Source: Eledone cirrhosa (taxonomy: Eukaryota). From it: a DNA stretch of 64,000 bases. The notes under the pieces are model-generated. The model worked only from the letters and a program-made list of their open reading frames with translations, did no database searches and had not been told where the DNA came from. Numbering within the stretch: the first letter of the stretch is position 1; the number at the start of each line of letters is the position of its first letter. Shown here piece after piece: positions 1 through 12,471 of this stretch. The translations under genes and the position numbers were made by a program. The DNA lies in assembly GCA_964016885.1 (NCBI GenBank), contig OZ024748.1, forward strand, positions 58,342,001 through 58,406,000, written 5' to 3'.

Positions 1-330
1 ACAACATGTCAAAACAATGTGTCTTCAGCTGTTTTGAAGTAAATATTTTTCTCTACTGTTAACACAAGGCCACCAATTTACAGGGAAAGAAGAAGTATTT
101 TAAATCGACCCCAGTGTGTTATAGATTTGTTATGAATAATGAAAATCAATGTTGTTGGCAACGGCAATACTCCTTAGAGTATGAGAAGTATACTATAAAA
201 CAATCTTAGACATAAATGTTTGTTTTTATTAAATTAATTTTTAGCAATATATCATTTTAAGATTGCATGTTTTTCTTTTCGTATCTTCGAAGCATGTGGT
301 TATATGACAGTTTCCCATTTCTTTGCATTT

Positions 331-513
331 TGGCAGTATCGGTAGAGGGTTGGACGCCATCCTTTCTATCATAGTTACGTCTCTTTACGGTTTGAGTACA
401 AATCCCGCCAAGGTTAACTTTGCCTTTCATCCTTACGGGGTCGATAAAATAAAGTACCAGTAATGCACTGGGTATTTGTTGGCCTTGTGCCTAAAGTAGA
501 AACAATTATTATT
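331..513 (+). mobile_element. tRNA-derived SINE (octopod type, Meta-like core), short variant
   Basis: TGGCAGTATCGGTAG A-box-like, GAGTACAAATCCC B-box-like, core GCCTTTCATCCTTACGGGGTCGATAAAATAAAGTACCAG, (ATT)n tail; many copies in the window. Confidence 0.85.
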
Positions 514-680
514 AAATTCTGCGACATCTTTTAAGCTGCACTGGTTGGGTACAAGAGGGCAAAAAAGGCAGTGCTGCATCGTGTGGTCCTCCTCTCCGCA
601 TTCGCTGATGGTTGAGTCGGTTTTGTAGCCCCATCTGGCCATAGCAGCCTTTCATCGCCCCATTCCTGTTCTAAGATTAC
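510..680 (-). mobile_element. 3' fragment of an I-group (Ingi/Vingi-like) non-LTR retrotransposon
   Basis: NLRTGMGR*KAAMARWGYKTDSTISECGEEDHTMQHCLFCPLVPNQCSLKDVAEFN matches the RLRTG..KWG..C.CG..QT..H...C C-terminal zinc-knuckle pattern. Confidence 0.75.
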
Positions 681-3600
681 ATGAAGCGAGATCATGTGAA
701 AGAACAGTTCCCGTTTCATGTTTGAGAATGATAATTCAACTAAATCTTGCCGAAAAGATATATAATGCGATAGATGTCGGGTTGGCCCACACTAGTTTCT
801 ATATTTGTAGAATTTGTATGCTATCTGTGAATATCTGTTTTGCTCTAAATATCGTATATATTGCTTGTTGTCTCAACTGGATCAAGGGTATAAGATTGCA
901 TTACTGATGTCATATAGATATACATGGTGTACAGGGAAGAAACACTATTCAATCAGATTTATGAAGTAAAATCAAAGGCTCTGTGGTATATAATTTGAGG
1001 TATATATTCAGCGAATTCAATCCATATCGGTCTATGTATTGCACTGTAATCTATTCTTCGTCGAAAATGGTTTTCGATTGCAGCTTGATCTCGCGTTCTA
1101 TTTTCATCAGAAGATATCGAATTATTGGATCTTATTTGGACGGGCTTCGCTAATATATGAAGATAATAACTCTAGGATCTTATATCATGAACGCAGGGAA
1201 GACATGTTGAGTAAATCAAAATGCACTCGTTTTAAGACACTTCCCTTTGGTAACATCTAATTATATATTCCTTTACCTTCAACCACCGGCATGTCACATG
1301 TAAACGTTATACACATAATGGGCATGTCCATATATAGTAATGGCTAAACAGTGTAACGTTTAATATTTTATTATTCACCGAGTGTACTATATTATTGTCA
1401 TTCATCTCTCAATATGGTTGAACACATAACTCCTTGATACATGAAATCTACCTTATAATTCCTCGATATCTAAAGCAGTCGAACAATGTAACGAATAAAA
1501 CAATGCTTGATCACGTGATAAATGTTCTGACTAAGAAACGGAGCATTTCTTTTCTTTAGTTATAATCCCTTATACAAATAATAAGAAAAATATATCATTC
1601 ATATTGTGAGGCAATCAGTATTTCATTTTCCGACAATCAAAAGTTATCTAATGTTATAGGGAAAAAAATCAATATTTCTGTTTCCGAAAAATCACACACA
1701 CTTGATTGTTTTCCTTGTCGAGACTTGTGAGAACATACATTAATTTCCTGTATAAAAAGAGAAATAATGATCTACTACTATATACATTTGATATTGTTGA
1801 AGAGAAACGGAACGTGTACACACGCTCCTAAAGTTGTCATTTGCAGAACTACAGTTATATCAAATATGTGGGTGCTATTATATAAATAAGAGGATGCTAT
1901 TCTTCTGAATAACGTATATAAAGAAGTATATTACTTTCAAATACAGGGAATACAAGGTCATGATAACTTTTGGTCTATCTTTGTGTATAGCAACTATTAG
2001 AGGTCGATAAAATTGACTCTACATCAGGCATTGCCGGACGCAAATGGCAAGAGCTGACGAAAAGTGGTATTCTTATATTCCAGATCGATCAATGTGTTCA
2101 GGCAGTAATCAACGAATGTTGGATGTACTGGCTCTTTTCTGACCAGAAGAAGAGAAATGTCTCCATTTCCTCAAACCTAAGTGGAACTAGGAAGACAATG
2201 CATTCCAGGAAATCGACTGAAGCGTCAGTTGTTGATGTTATATTGTGGAAAGATGGAATCTAGCAGTCAATGAGATGAAGTAAATTCCAGCCAACGAGTT
2301 GCTTTATTATTTCCCTTTATCCCATTTAATGCCCACGGCTTGGAAATAATAAACAGGGTGTGATTGAGCAAAGTAGTACTTATGTCTACTGATATGTATC
2401 TCTAGTTATTGTGAAGGAGTAGCTGTTGATAATCAATGGGTGCGTATTTTATTGGGAATCAGTTCTGATTTCCAATACCTCTGTCTGCGAAACAAACCTC
2501 TACGTCGGAAACAAAAGTCTTGACCGCGAGATAAACATTCTTCCATTTCCTTTTAGCATTTAAGAAGCAAAAGATCGAGCGCGCCAGGCATTGACGCTTC
2601 TGTAATGGATTAAACAATGGAAGAACCCTAGCATTAAACATGGCAATGACGTAGCACCTCGGAGGTAGAACTAATCTTTCCCTCTCAACCAGTGAGCTTC
2701 ATTTGAAATAACTTCATTACATTTAAGCCAAAATTTACAGTATATAGTCGTACGGAATACAACGTTTATCTTTCGTCTGTACATAATTTCTTCTGTAATT
2801 TATAAACCAGTGGGAATCTATTCCACTACCACAAGGGAGAGGAAATGAGTATTATGGGTATTATGCCCATCCTAAAGAAAGGAAAATGTACACATTTGTT
2901 AATTTAATTTGAAAATGCGCTCAATATTATTCAAGAAACTAGGACACTTTGGGAAGTTATTGTAACGTAAATGGAGCATACCAAATGCACATGATTTGAT
3001 ATATGCAGCCATTTAACTTTCACGACCTTCATTTCTTTTCTTATTCACATTCTTTATTGCATTCATTTATATATTCAATTGTCTCAAGGATATTACTTTT
3101 AAGTCAAAATCTTCTATTATGGATATACCAATATATCTTAGTCAACATACACATTATGTCTTTTACTTCTTCTATATTCGCTCTCTCCCATTTTCGCTTT
3201 CCTAACTTTTCCCTAATTTTCTATCATAATATTTTGAGATATTTATACGTCTCTGCCACCGACAATTATGCATATTAACGCAAGCGGAAAAGGTTTATTA
3301 CTTTATCAAATATTCCTTTACGTAGCTGAATAAACGCAGTTAGTTTCCTATGAAATGAATTTATACAAGGACATTTTTATTAACCACAATATATTACCCT
3401 TATCTTATATATGAGGGGTAGTTCGTGTTATTTGCATCACGTATTCCCCTATCCCGTCTAAATTACTTGAGTTCCGTCAAATACAGCGTCATTGAAGAAA
3501 TCATTGTGGAATTCCTGTATGCCCTAAATATACAATTCATTTGTTTTTCATTTAATTAAGAGAATCAATATTGCTTAATTATCCTTTGACGCCAACATAT

Positions 3601-4167
3601 AACATGGTTGAACGCTGATAAATCGAGATTACTATTTACTTTCGATAATCAATTAAATGAAATTCCCGTTCCTCTACCTTGAATGCGGCGAGAGAAATTA
3701 TGAATATATATATGGCTAACATTTGATTTATGTAGTAAATATTAACATTACACTATACCGAAAAGCAAACGTGTCATTATGTTTATTACCAAACGGCAAT
3801 TATAACAAATTATATATGTGAAATATCAAATAGATAAGGGGAAATTAGCTTCACCTGTTCAGTCTACATTTCCGATATAATTGAAAATAATTTAATCATA
3901 TATAAGAACAGTATTCATTTCGCCGAAAAACAGGTTAATCGCTATCATCTACTTTCTAAAGGAAAATATTATTATATGTAGAAAAATTGTTGTAGAAATT
4001 ACAATATATAGTAGAGTAAAATGCATCGTAAATCTAATTGGAGTTTTGTGTAGACGGGTTTTAAATAAATCTCATCTGGAAAACGTGGAACAATATATAC
4101 AAAGTCCGTTATATAGGTTACCTCCGGAATAAATATTAATAAATATAGACATTCATGTGATCAAATA

Positions 4168-4233
4168 TATTTTATTATACATATTTCAGAAGTACTGAGC
4201 TATTTCATCAGTACGTCCTCATCAGATAAAATA
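4168..4233 (-). ncRNA. Type I hammerhead ribozyme (family H1)
   Basis: Minus strand: TATTTTAT-CTGATGA-GGACGTACTGA..TCAGTACTTCT-GAAA-TATGTA-TA-ATAAAATA; stem I and stem II pair. Confidence 0.8.
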
Positions 4234-4307
4234 AATTGATGTCTGACAGTCACTGCCAAGACTGGATTTGAACCATCAGCACACTCGAGGTATGTCAGGC
4301 ATTAATT

Positions 4308-4373
4308 TATTTTATCTGATGAGGACGTACTGATGAAATAGCTCAGTACCTCTGAAATATGTATAATAAAATA
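4308..4373 (+). ncRNA. Type I hammerhead ribozyme (family H1)
   Basis: CTGATGA 4316-4322, GTACTGA/TCAGTAC stem II, GAAA 4354-4357, quasi-palindromic stem III ATATGTAT, stem I TATTTTAT/ATAAAATA. Confidence 0.8.
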
Positions 4374-4546
4374 TATTTGATCACATGAATGTCTATATTT
4401 ATTAATATTTTGAATTAATATTAATAACTCCAGAAAACGCCACTGTTGAGTGCTTCTAATCTATTGTAAAACTTTATTCATTGATTAATTCAATGAACCT
4501 TGTTAAACTTTTAATTATATATATATATAGATATATATATATATAT

Positions 4547-4733
4547 AACGAAGGAAATGTGGTAAGGAACCAGGTGGACCATAACGCACCAAAGTACTCA
4601 ATACTTGAGGTAGTAGAGTGGGTAATAGGAACCAGTAAGACCCCGACAGCTGAGCTCAAGCCGTTTCGACGGCTAATTCTCGAATTAGCCGTCGAAACGG
4701 CTTGAGCTCAGCTGTCGGGGTCTTACTGGTTCC

Positions 4734-4736
<3 letters not shown>
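4547..4736 (-). repeat. Short interspersed element ending in a perfect palindrome with 55-bp arms (4625-4736); same family at 12500-12630 and 60976-61182
   Basis: ATAGGAACCAG..GGCTAATTC-TC-GAATTAGCC..CTGGTTCCTAT; flanked by (TA)n on both sides. Confidence 0.85.
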
Positions 4737-4766
<30 letters not shown>

Positions 4767-4805
4767 AGTAAGTCAAACATGTTAAATTTGGTTTCGTTTA
4801 TTATA

Positions 4806-4872
4806 AATTCTCTGGTATATATATTTCAGTAACAGCTATTATTAGCTGTGACCTCTTCAGGCAGTCTGAATT
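4806..4872 (-). ncRNA. Type I hammerhead ribozyme (family H2)
   Basis: Minus strand: CTGAAGA-GGTCACAGCTA-ATAA-TAGCTGTTACT-GAAA-TATATA-TA; stem III palindrome ATATATAT; stem I with an internal loop. Confidence 0.75.
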
Positions 4873-5617
4873 AATGAAGAAAGAACAGGTAAACATGGTG
4901 TTGAAATGTGTTCCACTGTCAATTCATCGATATGTCCAGCTCCTGGGTGTGTTGTTAGTCCTACGAGGAACTGGAATCATATACTAAACGAAGCCATGTT
5001 TGACTTACTTAACATGTTTGACTTACTTATTTTACATTACTCTGGAATAAACAAACAAACCTGCGTACTTCGTCGAGTGCTCCAACCTGCATACTGAGGT
5101 GTCGGTAAACAACCAACACATACTATATATATATATATATATTAATTTCAAAAGTTAGTTGTTAGCAAACGATCAACTAAAATTTGATTATCATATAAGA
5201 ATATTAAGAAAGTGATAATATGAAGACATAAAATAAAGTAATGGATTCTATGCAAGAAATGATTTATATAGAGTTTATATAACAGTGAGATGCAATGATG
5301 AATGGAAAAACAAAGAAACGTGTATGTTGTTTTTTTTGTTTTTTTGCGGAGATGGGATACAAACCTTGAACGAGTGAATAAGAACAATAGAAAAATAATT
5401 ATGCGTCAATCAGAGAACCTCATCACTACTCATAGCTACTACTATATCCAACTTTTCCAAGCAGTTATCTACAATCTGAAGTCATCTGGTTGATTATTAA
5501 TGATTTTAAACACACACACACGTGTGTGTGTGTGTGTGCAAAAGGTAAACAGAAATGAAGCAACGAACACAGTAAAATTAATAAATATATTTTTATGCTT
5601 GATATAGTTGGAAAAAC

Positions 5618-5658
5618 GTCTTCAACCTTTCGGATGTTGACCCTTCATCAGAAAATAG
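5618..5658 (-). ncRNA. Minimal hammerhead-like motif, probably degenerate
   Basis: Minus strand: CTGATGA-A-GGGT-CAAC-ATCC-GAAA-GGTT; Penelope-type minimal core, but the stem III palindrome is broken. Confidence 0.55.
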
Positions 5659-6139
5659 AATGAAACATTAAAGACATCAGTGTGTGTGTGTGTGTGTGCG
5701 TGTGTGTGTGTGTCTGTACGGGTGCGTTTCTATGCGCGTGTGTATGTGTGTGTGGATACATTATAATGTACAAAGCTAAGGTTCAAAATTCAGCGTTTTG
5801 TACAGACCAATTTGGGAATTCAATCGTAATTTAACGGAAAAGAAATGTTATTCCACAGATATAACCAACAGTATATATGAAAATATCTGACAACAATTAT
5901 TTTAATATGAGTATATTTTCCAAGCCGTTACATGAATACTATTTATTTATTGAGTTATCAACAGTGAACAATCCTCTACATATTTGTGAAGAGAAATCAT
6001 ATGTAGCATCTATTATTTTGTATAGAATGACAGGGAACCATAATGTCTGATACCTCCAACGAACCTACTTAATTTGAAGTTGGTTTACATGTTTCTATTA
6101 TATGTGTATCACTATCAAACTGGCATGTGTGTATATATA

Positions 6140-6192
<53 letters not shown>

Positions 6193-6227
6193 ATGTGTGT
6201 ATGCTTATATATAATTATATATATGCA

Positions 6228-6289
<62 letters not shown>

Positions 6290-6333
6290 TATATATGTAT
6301 ATATATATATAATATATATATAATGTGTGTGTA

Positions 6334-6367
<34 letters not shown>

Positions 6368-6448
6368 GTGTGTGTATGCATATATATCTATATCTATATA
6401 TGTATAATTAGAGACGTTGTCACACTAGAGATTCACCTGCGGTCTTAC

Positions 6449-6480
<32 letters not shown>

Positions 6481-6767
6481 CACACACGACACAATGTGAA
6501 CGATAATCAAATGAAAATAATAATTTTGAAAATGTACTCAAGTCCACCTACATACGAAAGGTGCGCCGTTCGATTCTTCGTAGGTGTCTATGTCACAATT
6601 TCCATCTCCAAAGATATTTAACTCGTTTTCCTTTGCTTATATCTATATTTATTTGAATATTTTTATAGTCAATTAGTGTGGAATATAGACATTTGAAATT
6701 TCAATTTGTTCCAATCAACATGATAGTCATACACTTATACTCACCCCCACCCCCACCCCCACCCACC

Positions 6768-6840
<73 letters not shown>

Positions 6841-8489
6841 CGCGTGTATGTGATGTGCGTAATTGTGCGTATATATATGATTATATGTGTATGCGTTTGC
6901 CAGGGCATGTTTGTGTTTGTTCAGATATACTTTCGTTCAAATATTTTAACCACCATTTGACATTGAAGAACTAGTTTAAAGCATGGATATCTTGTATATA
7001 TTAGAGAGAACACAAAGGCTGAGGCAGATGCCATGTGGTTTTTGTTACTTTGTGATTTTTATTCACACAGGAAGTTTTCGAAATCACTCACTTCTACTGA
7101 TTCACTGGATTCACTGAAATATCTTTGGATAATTTTCTTGAACTCTATGCACCGTTGGCAGAGATGCATCATTTCTTCTCCATGGAACAACAAGAAAATG
7201 TTCACCATTAAGTATGTTAGTACATCACTCATCTAAACAAACTCACATTTCTAAGGAAATTTCTTCTTATCATTCTCAACCAATTTATTTCTTGATTTCT
7301 TTATCACTGTATCAGTCACTGTATCAATTTTCCCTGCCTAAATATATTTAGAAGCTATGAACTAAAAGTAGTTCTCGCTTAATAACCCTCTCTGGAAAGC
7401 AGTAACGTATTTATAATTGTTACCATTTCTTTTTCTTCTAAATAAATGTTTGAAATAAATGGATGATAATCTTATATCTAACAGAAATCAACGAATGATA
7501 TTTGTTCCTCGTATCACTTAGGATCTGAAAAGAAAATATTATCAATCTGATAATTTCGATATATTTTTGAAAAGTAATAGTATCAAATCATATCACACGT
7601 TTTGGTTTTAAATGGCATATCAAAATAGATACACATTGAAATTGAAAAAAGAAAATAGGATAGAAATGATTGTATAGTATTAAAAACATTGATATCTTCG
7701 AATTTACCAAGAAATATATATGTCGTTCATTTAATATATATGTCGTTTTATTTAATTTGTAATTTTAATCTGGTTCGGGTTATAATGTTGAGGGTTATGT
7801 TTCCTAATTAACATTCACCCTCGAAGACATGCACGTGCATGTTCAGTAATAAATTGGATATTCACTAGAAAAAGATAAAATTAACAATACGATAATAAAA
7901 AAAAAATAGGAAGTTCTATGTCAGTATATGCGCACATGCATATATGCATACAAATACATTCATACATCTATACAAATGCATATACATACAAACATCCATT
8001 GTTACATACATACACTCTTTGAAATATACGTACGTAATATACTGATACATACATACAGAAATGTACTTAGATACACATATATGCAAATATATAACCATTC
8101 TTTCATATGTGCACTTAACTATGTACACAAATATATATGTACACTTAAATATGTTCAGTAAATCGTACACATTCTCATACAATACTTTTATCCAAACACA
8201 CGTACAAAAATACATACATACAGGAATTTTAGTCAATCCAAATGCCCATTTACAGTAACATGTGGAAAGTTTGTGCTTTTCTCTAAACATCTAAGAATGT
8301 TCGACTTGATGATGAAGTTTCTATAAGCAGTTGACAATTGGGGTTCTCTTGGAGGGGTGAAGATGTCACATATAGTGGACCAATAAAGAAGGTGAAGACC
8401 GGGATTGAAGACCTCAACAGTGTAAGCACAACCGGCATTATTTTGTGGTTTGGGACTACACATTAAAACAGATGCTCTCTTGTAAATGT

Positions 8490-8800
8490 CAGATGTGTAG
8501 TCGGTGTGAATATAACAAGAAAAATAATTTTATTTTCAAAAGATATGTAACTCTGAGAAAGAAATATAAAAGCAAAATTAAGTAATTAGATAATGGGGAA
8601 GTGGTAAGGAAGGGCAGATATAGCTGTATGGGAAAGTAAATGAAAGGACTATGAAAGGCATAAATGAGAGGAAAAAGGGGGGGGGGGACAACGTCGTTAG
8701 GTCCACAGAAGAAAGGGAGGAGGAAGAGTTGATGGGATCTGGGTCCATGTGGCGGCGGTGTTGTGACTGAATGAGACCTACGGATCATTGAATAGTAGAT
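8490..8800 (-). repeat. Dispersed repeat; homologous copy at ~38700-38960 (+)
   Basis: Shared TTTTCCTCTCATTTATG..TAGTCCTTT..TACTTTCCCATACAGC..ATTACTTAATTT; family not identified. Confidence 0.7.
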
Positions 8801-8986
8801 TGAAGACACACATTCAGCTTAATACCTACTATGTTACATGTTATATACTAGCGTGCCTGGATCAACGTATGATTGAAACTAAATATATGAACTACAACTC
8901 ACTGTGATATCTAGAATCTTTAAAATCTGTAAGATATTCTTACAATTCAAACGATGAATCATTGCACATAGAACGATGAAAGTTAA

Positions 8987-9316
8987 TCCTATTTATAATC
9001 TGGCGACAGGTAAAATAACCAGTTGAACATGAACGCAACGTTAACAGTAATAGGACAACATACACGCACGCACGCGCGTCGTCACATAGGTAAAGATAGA
9101 CGAACACTTTCATATGACGTTGAATATATATTTTCTGACAGCGAATGTTTTGATTTTTGAGAGTATCAATATTGATATTTTGTGGCAAGATAGGTGTATT
9201 AATGTAATTTTTTCAAAGGCTCAGCATATCTGGTGCGAATATTAGCCGAGTGATTCATAATCGTGGGCTCAACATCGGAAGTACTAAGCCCGCGCCGTCG
9301 ATGGATGGAAATAGAG
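8987..9316. mobile_element. Possible degenerate TTAA-flanked MITE (piggyBac-like)
   Basis: TTAA at 8983-8986 and 9317-9320 with imperfect terminal inverted match (TCCTATTT.. / ..AAATAGAG). Confidence 0.3.
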
Positions 9317-10129
9317 TTAAATATTAGAAAATATGAATCATTCACAAAGATTTAGTTCCTTTTTCCATAACGTATTACGTGAATATTCCGAATTTATTGT
9401 TGTTATTTTTTAATTTAAAGTCGTAATTCGTTAAATTCATTAGAAGTAATATAATATTCTGGACATATTTTCTGAAATATAATTCGTATTTCGTAATTAT
9501 ATAATTAAATATTATACAACTGAATCTCGGTTTTTAAAGCTGTGATTAGAAGACGTAGGAACGAATGTCAGAAGGGCCTATCTGTGGTATTTATTTTTAC
9601 TCGCTAAGTTGATTTCAATTCGTGAGTCAGAATATACCTCTGTAATATTGGGGTCTAAACCTTCTCTATCTCTTTCTTTTTCTCTCCCTGACTTCCTTTA
9701 GCTCTATTCCTATAACATTGGTGCCAGCACACAATCACATTTATGCTCTTTCTAGAAAAAATCGATAGTGTCTAGACCAAGGGACAGCTGAGCGCCGTCA
9801 GATTTTTAAAGTTTCAACAATCTGCTGTGTCTTAGGATGGTATCCCTGGGTCTCTATTAAGAATAACGATTCCCTGAATGGATACAGGAATAATAATTTG
9901 CCTTTCCAGGTGACTGCGAGTTAATAATATATACTAGTGTGTATGATTAGATATGTTATGGGTGTAACTTGTATCTTCCGGACAATTATGACCAGTAAAA
10001 TAAACACTAGGGTAAAGTATATTTGGCGAAAATCCTTTTAGGGCTGCGACTCTGCTTGATAGCAGTCGTACGGCAGAAAACCTTAAGGAGATTAATTAAA
10101 AACATACTCTACATTGACAGAATCCATCG

Positions 10130-10505
10130 GTAACCTCATGCCCCGTCCGAGTCAGAAAAGTTCTCCAAAACACAATAGAACCTTCTGTGTTCAGGGAAGG
10201 TGAGGTAGCCTGTGAGGCGTAGGACAAGCTGGGATTTAGCCCAGTTGACGTCCCTCATCCTTCTCCCCCTGATGACGTCACCCCCCCCCCACACACACAG
10301 TGTATGGGATGTCATCCAGTGCAGCCTGGCCTCAGACAGGCTCACGCGCCAGCTCGTCCAGCACCGCCTTGCCTGTTTTCGCGCGGCATCCAAACCCCAC
10401 AGTGGTGCCTACCTCCATGCCTAGCCCTCCTTATCCACTGGCATGCAGCGTGGATAACGATAGCTTGCGCATCGGCGTTTCCTTGAGGCTTGGCCTCTGG
10501 ATCTA
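10130..10505 (+). mobile_element. CRE-clade non-LTR retrotransposon fragment (post-RT region)
   Basis: GC-rich island translating to RLACFRAASKPHSGAYLHA*PS / DNDSLRIGVSLRLGL, matching the CRE-type SGAWL.A.P...L....FRIA..LRLG pattern. Confidence 0.75.
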
Positions 10506-10700
10506 CGAATCAGTAAATAAATCTATTTAATACGAAAAAAAAAAGTATTCATATTGTGAAATGTTTATCATTGTTTCAATACTGTGTTTTCTCTTTGTCG
10601 TAATTGTTTGTGACGTTTTATTTGTCGAATAATGTCTAGGTCACAACGATTCTAATTATTTCAAACACTTTGGCAAAATACATAAAAATTCGCAAGCCTT

Positions 10701-11074
10701 ATGGTGCCAAAACTGCTGAACGATGACCAGAAGGGCCGACACATGCAAGTGTGCCAGGAATCCTCGAGCGTCTTTAAACCGAACCAGACTTGCTAGGGAC
10801 AGTCATTACCGGTGATGAGTCATGAATATTCGAATACGACCCGGAGGGGACCCGTTTTGAAGACGTTGACGACATCAAAAAGGCCATCACGACGGAACTG
10901 CGGAGGATCCCGGAAGAATCCTTCCAGGAGTGCATGCAAGCGTGGCAGAAAAGGATGGAAAAGTGCATTAGACTCCAAGGGGATTACTTTGAAGGAGAAA
11001 GCTCTTAGTGTGAAGTTTGGGTTTGAAATAAATCTTTTGTGACATCAGTCCTGGAACTTTTCTGACACACCTCG
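10701..11074 (+). mobile_element. mariner transposon relic with internal deletion and right TIR
   Basis: MVPKLLNDDQK..VITGDES*IFEYDPE joined directly to GTRFEDVDDIK..WQKRMEKCIRLQGDYFEG; TIR CAGTCCTGGAACTTTTCTGACACACCTCG followed by TA. Confidence 0.9.
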
Positions 11075-11325
11075 TATATATATATATACACAAATATAAA
11101 TTTAGCGAGAATCGCATTTCGGCGGGTAGAAATTGGCGAAACGCAACTTCTGTATTTCGCAGACAAGCGCTCCGTGGATATGAAGATACCAGAGCTATAA
11201 ACATAAGTTAAAATGGTCATACAAACTGAGACGATGGTTAAGAAGCCATTAACCACCTTATCCAAAAAAGCGAACAAGCTAAACAGGTCAAAGAAAATAA
11301 GATATGATTGAAATAGTTACCCGCG

Positions 11326-11356
<31 letters not shown>

Positions 11357-11864
11357 ACTTAATCAGAAGGAAATTCTAAAAAAATCTCGTAAAAGTCATT
11401 TTAATATGTTTAATAACATTTTGTTTTCAGTTTGAGCCTCTTCAATTACCTTACAATTATCCTTTTAGATAATCTCCATATTGAATTCATATTATATTTT
11501 CTCAATTTGAAGTTTTCAATTTTTATTTATATTTATTTTTAATTTTATTATATCAGTCCATACTATACATTTAAAAAAAAAAACAGAAATGTAACTGAAA
11601 TTCCTGGGGTTTTTTTAAAGTAGAAACAGAATATTTAATTTTCATAGACGTGAAATTCGTTCATATTTTCGCTACTATCTATCACTGTCACTTCATTTAT
11701 AATAATTTCTATCATAATAAAATCTGAATGTATGACTTTAGGGAGATATTTAGATATTGGAGCATTAAAGAGAGACAATCAGGCAATCATATAACTTTGA
11801 ATATAACCAGCTTTTTAAAAATCATTACTCACTTAGGAGTATGCGATACCTGCCAAAAAATTAT

Positions 11865-12050
11865 TCCTACTTTTGGCACAAGGCTAGCAATTATCCCAGT
11901 GTATTACTGGTGCTTTATTTTATCGACCCCGTAAGGATGAAAGGCAAAGTTAACCTCGGCGGGATTTGAACTCAGAAGATAAAGGGCCGTAACTCTTTTC
12001 TACAAAGCATGGCGTCTGAACCTCTACCGATACTGCCAATCCACCGCCTA
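11865..12050 (-). mobile_element. SINE copy
   Basis: Reverse complement of the 331-513 family. Confidence 0.85.
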
Positions 12051-12343
12051 AGAAAATAATGTTGATCATGCAATGTCTGAGATTAAATTTTATTCAATAT
12101 ATTTAAATTACTCACATAATCAATTAGCTTGTGATGTTTGTAAATGAGATACAGATTTCTGTCAATAGTATGAATAATTGATCAGCGGTCATAAAATAAT
12201 CGTTTTCACCACCATACACATATTGGTGTATTTGTACTTGCTTCAAATCATATTAATAAATTCGTTACGCCAAGTGTTATATGAAATGGTAACTACCCGC
12301 TGGAAATTAAATAGTTTAATTAGAAATAAGCACACTGACATTT

Positions 12344-12471
<128 letters not shown>

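Larger units (their letters stand above)
1..1860 (-). pseudogene. Decayed LRR ectodomain (TLR-like), N-terminal part; probably continues past the window start
   Basis: Minus-strand translation gives LRRNT/LRR-like VCDFSETEILIFFPITLDNF*LSENEI (~1620-1700), DQALFYSLHCSTALDIEEL (~1460-1515) and MKRELFFHMISLHVIL (~675-719). Many stops and frameshifts; interrupted by a SINE and a LINE fragment. Confidence 0.5.
4130..4410. repeat. Inverted repeat (arms ~4130-4248 and ~4293-4410), each arm carrying a hammerhead motif
   Basis: Arms are near-identical reverse complements separated by a 44-bp spacer. Confidence 0.9.

Noticed and set aside
2000-2700. Moderately GC-rich segment that could be an exon or TE
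   Set aside because: No recognisable motif in the frames I read; the same applies to 41290-41510 and 53960-54140.
3300-4100. Additional LRR remnant (FNDAVFDG, minus, ~3470-3500)
   Set aside because: A single weak motif, not enough to call a separate pseudogene.
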